A DNA stretch of 64,000 bases from positions 2,624,001 to 2,688,000 of the forward strand of contig OZ241892.1 in NCBI GenBank assembly GCA_965203485.1, written 5' to 3'. A model generated the notes under the pieces. That model worked only from the letters and a program-made list of their open reading frames with translations, had not been told where the DNA came from and did no database searches. The position numbers and the translations under genes are program-made. Below are positions 39,410 through 49,360 of this stretch, piece by piece. This DNA is from Longimicrobiales bacterium (GTDB lineage: Bacteria > Gemmatimonadota > Gemmatimonadetes > Longimicrobiales > Gaopeijiaceae). Every line of letters starts with the position of its first letter. Within the stretch, counting starts at the first letter, position 1.

Positions 39410-42400
39410 GTGTCTCGCATCCTCGAATCCGCAGTTGAGCAGGCCGCGCTCGAGTGGCTCAGCCAATCCGGCTGGACGACCGCGCACGGCCCCGACCTCG
39501 GCGCGGACAGCCCCGCCGGCCGGGCGTCCGAGCGGTCAGCCTACTCCGACGTCACCCTCGCCTCCCGCCTCCGCAAGGCCCTCTCGCGCCTCAATCCCGA
39601 TCTCCCCGGCACCACTCTCGACGACGCCCTCCGCAAGCTGACCCGCCCCGCCGGCTCCACCCTCGACGCCCGCAACCGCTCCTTCCACCGAATGCTGGTG
39701 GACGGCGTCCCCGTCGAGTACCGGACGCCCGACGGAAGCATCCGCGGCGCCAACCCCCGAGTCCTCGACTTCGACCAGACCGACGCCAACGACTGGCTGG
39801 CCGTCAACCAGTTCACCGTCGTCGAGGGCAAGCGCACGCGCCGCCTGGACGTCGTGCTGTTCGTCAACGGGCTCCCGCTGGGCGTGGTGGAGCTCAAGGA
39901 CCCGAGCAACCCGGACGCCACCATCCACACCGCATGGCGGCAGCTTCAGACCTACAAGGCGGAGTTGCCCACGCTCTTCGCCATGAACGAGATCATGGGC
40001 GTCTCGGACGGCGTGGATGCCCGGTTCGGCACGCTCACCGGCGGCTGGGAGTGGTTCAAGCCGTGGCGCACCATCGACGGCGACGAGAGGGCGGGAGCGT
40101 CGGCGTCCCAGCTGCAGGTCGCCGTCGAGGGGCTGTGCGCGCCGCGACGGTTGCTCGACATGATCCGCGACTTCATCGTCTTCGAGGACGACGGCGGAGG
40201 CGAGCTGGCCAAGAAGATGGCGGGCTACCACCAGTACCACGCGGTGCGGGTGGCCGTGGGCCAGACCCTGCGGGCGACCCGGATGCAGGACGAGAAGGAA
40301 GCCGCTCCGGTTCGGCCCTTCCGGCCGGTCGTCGTCCCGCCGGACCCGCGAACCCGGTACGTCACCACTGCGCCGCTGGTCCCGCTCAAGGCCGCGGCTG
40401 GCGCGTTCGGCGATCCGCGGCGCTTCCCGGCGGACGACTTCGAGTGGACCAGGATTCGCCCGAAACGCCCGCTGCGGCGCGGGATGTTCGTCGCCCAGGT
40501 CGTCGGCCCATCGATGGAACCGGCGATACCCGACGGCGCCTGGTGCCTCTTCTCCGCGCCGGTCGAAGGCACGCGCCAGGGCAAGACCGTGCTCGTGGAG
40601 CTTCGCGACGAGATCGATCCCGAGACCGGCGAGCGCTACACCGTCAAGCGGTACGAGAGCGAGAAGGCCGCCCAGAACGAAGACGGCGACCGCTGGCGCC
40701 ACGCCCGCGTCACCCTCAAGCCCCGCAATCCGCGCTTCCAGCCCATCGTGCTCGCGCCCCAGGACGAAGGCCAAGTACACGTCGTCGCCGAACTGGTGGA
40801 GGTGCTGGACCGCCACGCTCTCGACACCGGTCCGAAGCCCGCGCTACCGGGCGACCGCCGCGTCGGCGTGGTGTGGCACACGCAGGGCTCCGGCAAGAGC
40901 CTCACGATGGCGTTCTACGCGGGGCGCATCGTTCGCGAGCCGGCCATGGCGAACCCCACGCTGGTGGTCCTCACCGACCGCAACGACCTGGACGAGCAAC
41001 TCTTCGCCACGTTCTCCCGTTGCCGGGACCTGTTGCGCCAGCCGCCCGAGCAAGCCGAGGACCGGGCCGACTTGCGCCGGCGGCTGGACCGCGAAGCGGG
41101 CGGCGTCGTCTTCACCACGATCCAGAAGTTCTTCCCGGATCAGAAGGGCGATCGGCATCCGTTGCTGTCGGCGCGGCGCAATATCGTGGTCGTCGCCGAC
41201 GAGGCCCACCGCAGCCAGTACGACTTCGTCGACGGCTTCGCCGCTCACATGCGCGACGCCCTGCCCGCCGCCTCGTTCATCGGCTTCACCGGCACGCCCA
41301 TCGAGCACACGGACCGCAACACGCGCAGCGTCTTCGGCGACCACATCAGCATCTACGACATCCAGCGCGCGGTGGACGACGGCGCCACGGTGCCGATCCA
41401 CTACGAGGGCCGGCTGGCCAAGCTCGCGCTGGACGAAGACGAGCGGCCCCGGATCGATTCGCAGTTCGAGGAAGCCACGGAGGGCGAGGAGGTCGCCCGC
41501 AAAGAAGGACTGAAGACGCGCTGGGCGCAACTGGAGGCGATAGTCGGGGCCGACAAGCGCCTGGAGTTGGTGGCCGGCGACTTGGTGCGCCACTACGAGC
41601 AGCGGTGCGACGCGCTGGAAGGCAAGGCGATGATCGTGTGCATGAGCCGCCGCATCTGCGTGGCCCTGCACGACAAGATCGTGTCGAAGCGCTCCGGCTG
41701 GCACGGCGAAGAAGACGAGCAGGGCGCGATCAAGGTCGTCATGACCGGCTCGGCCTCCGATCCGCCGGAGTGGCAACGCCACATCCGCAGCAAGGGACAA
41801 AGGGAGGCGCTCGCCAAGCGGTTCCGAGACCCGGACGACCCGTTTCGAATCGTGATCGTGCGCGACATGTGGCTGACCGGCTTCGACGCGCCGGCGCTGC
41901 ACACCATGTACGTGGACAAGCCCATGCGCGGCCACGGCTTGATGCAGGCCATCGCCCGCGTGAACCGTGTCTTCCGCGACAAGCCGGGCGGGCTGGTCGT
42001 GGACTATCTGGGACTGGCGAACGACCTGAAGGAGGCTCTGACCACCTACACGAACAGCGGCGGCAGGGGCAGGCCCACCGTCGACCAGGACCAAGCCGTG
42101 CAGGAGATGCGCAAGCGCTTCGAGATATGCCGCGATCTCTTCCACGGCTTCGACCGGTCGCGCTGGACCGCCGGCGCCCCCGCCGAGCGCTTGGCGCTGT
42201 TGCCCGCCGCGCAAGAGCACGTCCTGGCCCAGGAGAACGGCAAGGACCGGTTGCTCGAAGCCGTGGACGCCCTGTCCAAGGCGTTCGCGCTCGCCGTCCC
42301 CCACGACGAAGCCCTCGGCATCCGAGACGACGTGGGCTTCTTCCAGACCGTGCGCAACTCCCTGGCCAAGCGGGCGCCCGGCGCCGCCCAGCCCGCCGAG

Positions 42401-43063
42401 GAACTCGACCACGCCGTGCGGCAGATCATCGCCGGAGCCGTCGTGCCCAAGGGCGTGATCGACATCTTCGCGGCCGCCGGACTGCCGAAGCCCGACATCT
42501 CCATCCTGTCCGACGAGTTCCTGGCCGAAGTGCGGGACCTGCCGCAACGCAACCTGGCCGTCGACCTGCTGCGCAAGCTTCTGGACGGCGAAGTGCGCGC
42601 CCGCCGCCGCAAGAATGTGGTGCAGAGCCGCTCCTTCGCCGAGATGTTGGAGCGCACGCTGGCCCGCTACAGGAACCGAGCCGTCGAGACCGCCCAGGTG
42701 ATCGAGGAGCTGATCGGCTTGGCGAAGGAGATGCGCGAGGCCGACCGCCGCGGCGAAGACCTTGGCCTGTCCGAGGACGAGCTCGCGTTCTACGACGCGC
42801 TGGAGACCAACGACAGCGCCGTCAAAGTGCTCGGCGACGAGACATTGCGCACAATCGCTCGCGAGCTGGTCGCGACCGTGCGCAACAACACCACGATCGA
42901 CTGGACGATCCGCGACAACATCCGCGCCCGCCTCCGCGTCTACGTCAAAAAGGTCCTCCGCAAGCACGGCTACCCGCCCGACAAGGAGGAGGCGGCAACC
43001 AAGACGGTCTTGCAACAGGCCGAGGTGTTCTCGGCGGACTGGCTGGCCTCGGCGCCACGGTGA
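39410..43063 (+). CDS. hsdR: Type I R-M restriction subunit R with an internal S24 peptidase-like insertion
   Basis: [17 protein letters not shown] nuclease, [43 protein letters not shown]. Extra about 185 aa at 40282-40848. Confidence 0.95.
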   Translation: MSRILESAVEQAALEWLSQSGWTTAHGPDLGADSPAGRASERSAYSDVTLASRLRKALSRLNPDLPGTTLDDALRKLTRPAGSTLDARNRSFHRMLVDGVPVEYRTPDGSIRGANPRVLDFDQTDANDWLAVNQFTVVEGKRTRRLDVVLFVNGLPLGVVELKDPSNPDATIHTAWRQLQTYKAELPTLFAMNEIMGVSDGVDARFGTLTGGWEWFKPWRTIDGDERAGASASQLQVAVEGLCAPRRLLDMIRDFIVFEDDGGGELAKKMAGYHQYHAVRVAVGQTLRATRMQDEKEAAPVRPFRPVVVPPDPRTRYVTTAPLVPLKAAAGAFGDPRRFPADDFEWTRIRPKRPLRRGMFVAQVVGPSMEPAIPDGAWCLFSAPVEGTRQGKTVLVELRDEIDPETGERYTVKRYESEKAAQNEDGDRWRHARVTLKPRNPRFQPIVLAPQDEGQVHVVAELVEVLDRHALDTGPKPALPGDRRVGVVWHTQGSGKSLTMAFYAGRIVREPAMANPTLVVLTDRNDLDEQLFATFSRCRDLLRQPPEQAEDRADLRRRLDREAGGVVFTTIQKFFPDQKGDRHPLLSARRNIVVVADEAHRSQYDFVDGFAAHMRDALPAASFIGFTGTPIEHTDRNTRSVFGDHISIYDIQRAVDDGATVPIHYEGRLAKLALDEDERPRIDSQFEEATEGEEVARKEGLKTRWAQLEAIVGADKRLELVAGDLVRHYEQRCDALEGKAMIVCMSRRICVALHDKIVSKRSGWHGEEDEQGAIKVVMTGSASDPPEWQRHIRSKGQREALAKRFRDPDDPFRIVIVRDMWLTGFDAPALHTMYVDKPMRGHGLMQAIARVNRVFRDKPGGLVVDYLGLANDLKEALTTYTNSGGRGRPTVDQDQAVQEMRKRFEICRDLFHGFDRSRWTAGAPAERLALLPAAQEHVLAQENGKDRLLEAVDALSKAFALAVPHDEALGIRDDVGFFQTVRNSLAKRAPGAAQPAEELDHAVRQIIAGAVVPKGVIDIFAAAGLPKPDISILSDEFLAEVRDLPQRNLAVDLLRKLLDGEVRARRRKNVVQSRSFAEMLERTLARYRNRAVETAQVIEELIGLAKEMREADRRGEDLGLSEDELAFYDALETNDSAVKVLGDETLRTIARELVATVRNNTTIDWTIRDNIRARLRVYVKKVLRKHGYPPDKEEAATKTVLQQAEVFSADWLASAPR

Positions 43064-43357
43064 CCAGGAGTTGCGTGCGCATGGAGGTCGCCGTCCGCCG
43101 AACGGGCCGAGGTGCTGGACATCGGCGCAAACGGCAAGTTGCTGGCTGCCCAGAGGCACTTTTCCCGTGGCTATTTGCGATTCGGTCAGGGAGTCGTTTA
43201 TCTTCCGGGTACACGGGAACCGTGGGGGCCTCAGATCGTCCATTTTCTTCATCCGCCCGGTCAGGGTACCGCTGGCCCCCGGGCAGGCGGGTCCGAGCCA
43301 GGCCGCGCACCGACCAGCAACCGGCGGTACAGCCCGAGGGGCCATCAGAACGGATCG

Positions 43358-43864
43358 ATGAGCATGAAGCTAAAGAAGCTACTGTCCCAGTTTCGCCTAG
43401 AGGGTGTGCGTCTCAACGTCAAGTTCGCCACCTTCGACGTCGACCTGACAGACCACGACAAGAACGCGGCGTGGGATCTGTACGTAGAGATGTTGACCAG
43501 GATCGCCACCCAGCCGCTCCCCACCATCCATGGCAGTGAGGATCAAGCTTTGGCGAGCGTCTACTCTCTGTTTCCTACTACCCGCGAAATCCTCCGACGT
43601 CGAGGTCCCAGCACTATTGAATTCTCCAAAATCGCGATCCCTGTACTCAATCAAGTTGTACGTCCATTTACGGCCAAATGGCATCGCGAATCACTGGTGG
43701 GCGCATTTGACGACCCCGCCCGCTGTATCGAATTTCGTCAAGAACTCGCGTCACTGCAGGTTCATCTAAGGAACTACAATCGCCTGTTGGCGAGCATTGC
43801 CGATGTAGAAGACCTTACTGACCCAGAACCTCATGACCAAACAATGGGAGAAAACCATGGCTGA
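43358..43864 (+). CDS. Hypothetical helical protein, first gene of the TIR operon
   Basis: [44 protein letters not shown]; overlaps the TIR start by 8 nt. Confidence 0.75.
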   Translation: MSMKLKKLLSQFRLEGVRLNVKFATFDVDLTDHDKNAAWDLYVEMLTRIATQPLPTIHGSEDQALASVYSLFPTTREILRRRGPSTIEFSKIAIPVLNQVVRPFTAKWHRESLVGAFDDPARCIEFRQELASLQVHLRNYNRLLASIADVEDLTDPEPHDQTMGENHG

Positions 43865-44336
43865 CAAACTGCACAATGTCTTCATTAGTCACAAGCATGA
43901 AGACGACGCTGGCCTACAGTCGCTCAAGGCCCTGCTTGAACGGCACGGCATGAAATACAGGGATTATTCCGTGACATCTGACAAGCCTAATCGCGCCGTT
44001 AGTGAAGATTACATAAAATCCAGCATCCTTGCGCCTAGAATCCAACGCGCTAGCTGTTTAGTCGTATACGTGTCGGCAGCGACCAAGAACAGTGACTGGG
44101 TAGATTGGGAAATCGAATATGCCCACGGAAAGGGGAAGCGAATAGTCGGCGTTTGGCAACGCGGAGAACTGGGTTGTGATGTACCTCGTGCTTTGACTCT
44201 ATACGCTGACGCAGTGGTGGGATGGAATGGCGAAAGCATAGTTGATGCCATTACTGGCAAGTCCAACACGTGGTACAACCAGAATGGGACCTCATGGGAG
44301 TACCGGTCAGACATCCAACGACACACTTGCGGTTAG
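43857..44336 (+). CDS. TIR domain protein (ThsB/DUF1863-like)
   Basis: VFISHKHED, LVVYVS..TKNSDWVDWEIEYA (catalytic Glu), KRIVGV. Confidence 0.88.
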   Translation: MADKLHNVFISHKHEDDAGLQSLKALLERHGMKYRDYSVTSDKPNRAVSEDYIKSSILAPRIQRASCLVVYVSAATKNSDWVDWEIEYAHGKGKRIVGVWQRGELGCDVPRALTLYADAVVGWNGESIVDAITGKSNTWYNQNGTSWEYRSDIQRHTCG

Positions 44337-44834
44337 GAGGACAGTTCATGTTTCTCTATTCGTACATCGTCGCCAGGGACTATGGCTTCGCCCCTAATCC
44401 CTTCTTTGGCTGCTGTACCCTTGCTACGTGCAAGCCCGTAATTCGCCGATGTGCTAGCGTCGGCGATTGGGTCGTTGGCACTGGGCCCAAGAAGAAGCAA
44501 AGGAACGGTTACCTGGTTTTCGCTATGCGGATTGATGACGCAATGTCGTACAACAAGTATTGGTCTGATCCCCGCTTTGCGGCCAAAAAGCCGAACATGC
44601 GATCTAGCGTTCGGAATGCATATGGCGACAATATCTATCGCACAGACGATGCAGGAGGCTGGATACAGCAAGATTCACACCATAGTATGCCACATGGCAA
44701 ATCTTGTGGAGTTGCCCCGGTATGGTGGACGGGCAAGGATCTTGGGTTCAGATGGTGCAATGTGAAACATGACTTTAGGAAGGACGGAGGCGCAAGGGCG
44801 CCGAACGGTCTCGTGTCGAGGGGGTCGGTGCACT

Positions 44835-45683
44835 TTACGCGACCGCACGCTTGCGCTCGAAGCCGGCGGGGGATTCGTAGCCGAGCGCCGAGTGTCGGCG
44901 CCGCGAGTTGTAGAAGCCTTCGATGAAGGCGAAGACGGCGCGCCGGGCTTCGGCCGGACTTGTGAACTGGCAACGGTCCAGCAACTCGCATTCCAACGTG
45001 GCGAAGAAGCTCTCGCACATCGCGTTGTCGTAGGCGTCGCCCACCGAGCCCGTCGAGCGACGCACGCCGGCCTTCCTGCACCGCTCGCCGAACGCCCAGG
45101 ACGTGTACTGCGACCCCTGGTCCGAGTGATGGATCACGGTCTCTGGACTGCGGTTCTCGACGGCCATGGCGAGCGCGCGCTCGACGAGTTCGCCGCGCAG
45201 GTGCGTCTCCATGGCCCAGCCGACGACGCGGCGGCTCCAGGCGTCGACGACGACCGCCAGGTAGAGCCATCCGGCCCCGGCCGGCACGTACGTGATGTCG
45301 GCGACCCAGAGCTGGTCGGGGCCTTCGGCGCTGAAGTCGCGCTCGACCAAGTCCGGAGCCGGGCGCGCGTGGGCGTCGCGCACCGTCAGCGCCACCTTGC
45401 GGCGCCTGCGGCTCGCGCCTTCGATGCCCTCCTCGCGCATGAGGCGGGCGACGCGCTTCGGACCGACGCGCTCGCCCCAGGCCGCGAGATCGGCGTGGAT
45501 GCGCGGTCGCCCGTACGTCCGCCGGCTCGCTTCCCAGCTGCGGCGCACCAAGACGCGCAACGCGTCGTCGCGCAACGCGCTCGCCGATCGGGGACGCTTC
45601 AGCCATGCATAGAAGCCGCTCGGGGAGAGACCGAGGACGCGGCACATCGCGCGCACGGGAAACACGGCCCGGTGCGCTTTCAC
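44835..45683 (-). CDS. IS3 transposase OrfB (DDE integrase core)
   Basis: YGRPRI, WVADITY, HHSDQGSQY, DNAMCESFFATLECE. Confidence 0.93.
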   Translation of the reverse strand: MKAHRAVFPVRAMCRVLGLSPSGFYAWLKRPRSASALRDDALRVLVRRSWEASRRTYGRPRIHADLAAWGERVGPKRVARLMREEGIEGASRRRRKVALTVRDAHARPAPDLVERDFSAEGPDQLWVADITYVPAGAGWLYLAVVVDAWSRRVVGWAMETHLRGELVERALAMAVENRSPETVIHHSDQGSQYTSWAFGERCRKAGVRRSTGSVGDAYDNAMCESFFATLECELLDRCQFTSPAEARRAVFAFIEGFYNSRRRHSALGYESPAGFERKRAVA

Positions 45684-45994
45684 GAACTCGAACCCTCTCC
45701 GGGAATCGAGCCGCTCTCCCGAGCGAACCAGGCCGCGGCTTTTTTTAGAATGTCGCGCTCGAGGCGCAACTGCTTGTTCTCCCGCTTCAGGCGGCGCAAC
45801 TCGTCCCGCTCGCGCGTCGTCGTCCCGTCGTCGCGACGGCCCTCGTCGAGATCGGCCTGCTCGACCCAGTTGCGGATCGTCGGCGCCGACGGCTCGAACT
45901 CACGCGCCAGCGCCTCCGGCGACCGGCCCGAACGCGCCAGATCCACCATTCGCCGCCGGTACTCCAGCGGGTACTGCTTGCGTTTCTTCGGCAT
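45680..45994 (-). CDS. IS3 transposase OrfA (HTH)
   Basis: YPLEYRRRMV..TIRNWV..ELRRLKREN..ERDILKKAAAWF. Confidence 0.92.
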   Translation of the reverse strand: MPKKRKQYPLEYRRRMVDLARSGRSPEALAREFEPSAPTIRNWVEQADLDEGRRDDGTTTRERDELRRLKRENKQLRLERDILKKAAAWFARESGSIPGEGSSS

Positions 45995-46287
45995 CGTGGA
46001 CTCCTCCTCGTCCCGAAAGATTGAACGTGTCCACCATGCCGGGGCAACTCCACTTGTGACGCCAACATCCACAACGACACCAAGACTGACAGAGTGTTGA
46101 TTAGTTGGTACTTCACCTACTGGGGTGGAACCGGGCCCGAAATACCGTATGCAAGCCGGACGGACATTTGCTCTCGCGGTCGATCCCATAAGAAGATCCT
46201 TCTCCGAGATATACAAACAACCGTCGCTTGGCTTAAGGATTTGAAGCGAGGCTATTGTGGTGAACCCCTGGAATGGGCAGCTATGTG

Positions 46288-47391
46288 ATGTTGGCTGCGA
46301 TGTCTTTTTCACTGGAAACTCTGTCGCTGTACGCAAGAACGACCGCCGAAACCGATCGCCTTCCTCCAAGCGACATCCAACCGGTTCTTTTTGGTCTGTA
46401 TGGAGAGGTTGGCGGCATCATGACGTTGATCAAGAAATGCCACCGTGAGGAAGTTGATATGGACAGAGCGATTCTACGAGAGGAGCTTGGCGACGTACTG
46501 TGGTACTTCGTTACGCTATGCCGTCGATTGGGCGTTTCCCTCACTGATGTTGTAGTCAGTACCTACAGCAAACCTGATGTGAAACCGATCCAAGAAAACA
46601 TGATGGGGATTGACCAGCTTCGTCCGCTATCAAGAACGGTGGAAAGACTAGGGGTTAGGGCGGCAATGCTGCTGTCCGTTACGAACTCGGATGCGTCAGT
46701 TGCGGAGGGGTTGCGTGGATTTTGGCAGGACTTTTGGCAGTGCCTTGCCGCCGCTCGGGTGGATATTGGAATAGTAATTGCCGAAAACATTGCAAAAATT
46801 CGTGGCAGATTCACGATTCCGACGTCTACCGAACTCCCTACTTTCGACGACACATATCCCGAGGGTGAGAAATTGCCGATGTCGTTCCGAATTGAATTTA
46901 TTGAAACCCACGAAGGGGCCATTACCCTTCGATGGAACGGGAACATTCTCGGGGACGAACTCGACGATAGTATAATGCGGTCCGACGATTATCGCTTTCA
47001 CGATGTGTTTCATCTTGCGAATGCCGCTGTTCTTCATTGGTCTCCGACATTTCGGAAACTAACGGGACGAAAGCGCAGAAGTAATCCTTCTGTTGATCGA
47101 GGACAAGATGGCGGTCGAGCAATCGCAATTGAGGAAGGCCTGACAGCATGGATGTTTGCCTATGCAAAGGAGCGTGCGTTTCTCGAGGGAAGCAGACGTC
47201 TTCCATTTGACCTACTGAAGGGAGTCAGTCGATTTGTAACCGGCTATGAGGTGCATGCATGTCCGCTGGGCCTGTGGGAACAGGGAATTCTAGAGGGCTT
47301 CAAGGCGTTTCGTGCTTTGGCGAACAACCGAGGTGGCGTGGTTGTAGGAGAGCGAGCTGATCGCATGATCGGTTATGAGTGTCGGTCATGA
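46288..47391 (+). CDS. MazG-like nucleotide pyrophosphohydrolase with MazG-C domain
   Basis: GLYGEVG..EELGDVLWY; C-terminal DDYRFHDVFH..WSP..RKRRS..DGGRAIAIEEG. TGATG coupling to Nmad2. Confidence 0.85.
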   Translation: MLAAMSFSLETLSLYARTTAETDRLPPSDIQPVLFGLYGEVGGIMTLIKKCHREEVDMDRAILREELGDVLWYFVTLCRRLGVSLTDVVVSTYSKPDVKPIQENMMGIDQLRPLSRTVERLGVRAAMLLSVTNSDASVAEGLRGFWQDFWQCLAAARVDIGIVIAENIAKIRGRFTIPTSTELPTFDDTYPEGEKLPMSFRIEFIETHEGAITLRWNGNILGDELDDSIMRSDDYRFHDVFHLANAAVLHWSPTFRKLTGRKRRSNPSVDRGQDGGRAIAIEEGLTAWMFAYAKERAFLEGSRRLPFDLLKGVSRFVTGYEVHACPLGLWEQGILEGFKAFRALANNRGGVVVGERADRMIGYECRS

Positions 47392-48026
47392 CAGCCGACG
47401 CGTTTGTCGACATGCTCACCGACCAAAGGTTTCGCAATGCATTTGATCCGTACTCTCAACGATGCACTGCCCACGACTTGGCTGACGCCCCGGAAATGAG
47501 ATGCCGGATGGTGCTGTCAATGATTGGTAACGCCGTCGAGCACGGAACCGATTCGTTGTGGGTCGGGAGAGACCTCGGATATCGTGGCGGGCGCCGTACG
47601 GGCCTTGCGATGACTGACGACTTTAGCCTTCAGGTCCACGCACGCCGATGGAGCATAGTCGGCGAGCGGCCGACCAGAGGAACGATGATCAAAGAGCGCA
47701 CAGCAACGGCGGTTTGGAACCTGCTCGGGAAGATCGAAATTAGCGTGTTTTTGTGGAATGTGTTTCCATTTCATCCGCATATACACGACACTCCGTTTTC
47801 GAATCGACCACATAATAGAACGGAGAGACAGGTCGGCCGGAAAATACTTGGTGAGCTGATTCGTATGTTGAGGCCTAGGCGGATAGTTGCTGTCGGTGGA
47901 CTGGCGGCGAGCGTGATTGGGGCTATGACAAATGGCGAACAATGTGTTCGTGTACGTCACCCGAGCTATGGCGGTCAAAGAGAGTTTGTCGAGGGAATGC
48001 TGGGTGTCTACGGGAATCGAGGGTAA
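47388..48026 (+). CDS. Uracil-DNA glycosylase superfamily protein
   Basis: VGRDLGYRGGRRTGLAMTD, ERTATAVW, WNVFPFHP..NR, VRHPSYGG. ATGA coupling to MazG. Confidence 0.85.
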   Translation: MTADAFVDMLTDQRFRNAFDPYSQRCTAHDLADAPEMRCRMVLSMIGNAVEHGTDSLWVGRDLGYRGGRRTGLAMTDDFSLQVHARRWSIVGERPTRGTMIKERTATAVWNLLGKIEISVFLWNVFPFHPHIHDTPFSNRPHNRTERQVGRKILGELIRMLRPRRIVAVGGLAASVIGAMTNGEQCVRVRHPSYGGQREFVEGMLGVYGNRG

Positions 48027-48081
48027 ACGATCATGAATGGGTAAACGGTCATGAATGGAAGTGGAGACGGAGTGTTTCTTG

Positions 48082-48143
48082 ACGAGGCAGAGCAGTGGAA
48101 GATGGCCGACGCCCTTCGCGGCTCGATGGACGTTGCTGAGTAC
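48082..48143 (+). pseudogene. 62-bp remnant of an hsdM 5' end
   Basis: 54/62 identical to 34361-34422 (manual count); encodes [20 protein letters not shown]. Confidence 0.8.
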
Positions 48144-48310
48144 TTTCCCCGCATTCACGCTGTCGGGACCCACTGAACACCCGTCTCAACCTTGTATTCC
48201 CGCGCTCCGCGCAAAGCCTTTTTGCCACGGACTGCTAAGGACGGCTCCCATCGACCCTGGCGCGACGACGAGGCGGACCACGACCCGTTCTTGGTCCGTC
48301 ATGCCTTCAT

Positions 48311-49150
48311 TCAGCCACGTCGTGCGCGCCGCAGGTGGTCGCGTGCAACGCGCTCGGGTATGTGGAGCTTCATCAAGGCGGCCACCCTGTCGTCCTCGCT
48401 CGCGTCAGGCATCTCGTCCAGTATCTCCCGCGCCCGGCACGCTCGCCATGACCAGATGGCGCCGTCAACAGTCTTGCGGTTCAGCCCATTGGCTTCCGCG
48501 ATGGCGCGGATCTCCTTCGGCGGGTGTCTGCCCTCATCGCACAGGTCCCAGATAATGCGAGTCTTGGCCGTCTTCTTTGCGGGTCGCTTCGGCACCCGCC
48601 TCTTGTCGTCCCGATTCGGCGGAGGCTGCAACGTCGGCGCCGACGCTAGCTTGTTCAGCCGACGTTCCCACCATGTGGCATCGAACTCGTACACCGGAAG
48701 CTTGACTTCGCGCACTCCGAATCTGTTCTCGATCATCGTGTCCGCGATGTCGTTGCCGTCGTACAGCTTGACTTCAATCCGAGCCTCCTGTGCCTTGTCC
48801 GCCGCTTCCCGCGCCTGCCGCGTGTAGCCGCTGGACGTGAAGAAGTAGCCGCTGGTGAGCCCGCGACTGGTCAGTGCGCCCACGAAGTTGACGACCTCCT
48901 TCGGCGGCACGTCTCGGTCCCACCGCTTCGCCTGGAACGCGAACCGGAAGTCGAGCATGTTGCCGATCCCATCGATGCCGCCGTCGCCCGCGCCACCGGT
49001 CCGCTCCACGCGACTTGCTCCCCTGAGCGTCAGAAGCTGGACCACGAACTCCTCGAACTCCTGGCCCGACATCTTGCGAAGCCATCCGTGGATCGCGTTC
49101 CGCGCCGACTCAATCGGATCGTGGAGAACACTTCCGTTCTGGTACGCCAC
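48311..49150 (-). CDS. Mrr-like (type IV) restriction endonuclease with C-terminal extension
   Basis: EFEEFV..TGGAGDGGIDG..QAKRW..FVGAL..FTSSGYT..LYDG; no Mrr N-terminal domain. Confidence 0.85.
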   Translation of the reverse strand: MAYQNGSVLHDPIESARNAIHGWLRKMSGQEFEEFVVQLLTLRGASRVERTGGAGDGGIDGIGNMLDFRFAFQAKRWDRDVPPKEVVNFVGALTSRGLTSGYFFTSSGYTRQAREAADKAQEARIEVKLYDGNDIADTMIENRFGVREVKLPVYEFDATWWERRLNKLASAPTLQPPPNRDDKRRVPKRPAKKTAKTRIIWDLCDEGRHPPKEIRAIAEANGLNRKTVDGAIWSWRACRAREILDEMPDASEDDRVAALMKLHIPERVARDHLRRARRG

Positions 49151-49360
49151 TTGCTCGTTCCCTTCTCTTGGATGGTTTCGTCTCTTGGATGGTTTGTGAA
49201 CCCGTGGGGACGCAGGAAGATAGGCGCATCAGTAAAAGCGCCGCAACCAAGAGCGGAGAGGCGGGGGGACGCCTTCGAGCGGCTCTTCCCCCTGTTTCGG
49301 TGGGCGTCGTAGGATGGACGGAAGGGAGGAACGGCATGACTCTTCGAGCGAGGAGAGCGA

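Larger units (their letters stand above)
44707..46052 (-). mobile_element. Complete IS3-family insertion sequence
   Basis: Terminal IRs TGGAGTTGCCCCGG(T/C)ATGGTGGAC with TG..CA ends; 4-bp TSD CTTG (44703-44706 and 46053-46056); orfA/orfB with an A7G slippery site at 45739-45746. Confidence 0.95.
44348..46288 (+). pseudogene. Nmad2 (nucleotide-modification-associated domain 2) gene interrupted by IS3
   Basis: YSYIVARDYGFAPNPF.G.CTLATCKP.IR..GDNIY..SHHS. Removing 44707-46056 restores the frame: ..HGKS|CDANIHNDTKTDRVLISWYFTYWGG..GEPLEW. AGGAGG SD upstream. Confidence 0.85.

Noticed and set aside
40282..40848. HsdR insertion as an intein
   Set aside because: No N-terminal Cys/Ser or C-terminal His-Asn splice motifs and no LAGLIDADG; the motifs fit an S24 peptidase.
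39454..43539. Very long alternative-frame/antisense ORFs (also 10383..13067, 55793..59698, 59593..62079, 40844..43345, 213..1670)
   Set aside because: Arg/Pro/Gly/Ala-rich or antisense shadows of real genes in high-GC DNA; no motifs.
43857..44336. Canonical Thoeris system
   Set aside because: No ThsA (SIR2-SLOG or Macro-TM) gene nearby.
34361..48143. attL/attR of an integrative element
   Set aside because: Mismatches are mostly at third codon positions and no integrase is present; better explained as a paralog remnant.
48218..48239. TTTTGCCACGGACTGCTAAG as an IS end
   Set aside because: Resembles IS termini from memory only; no partner IR or transposase found.
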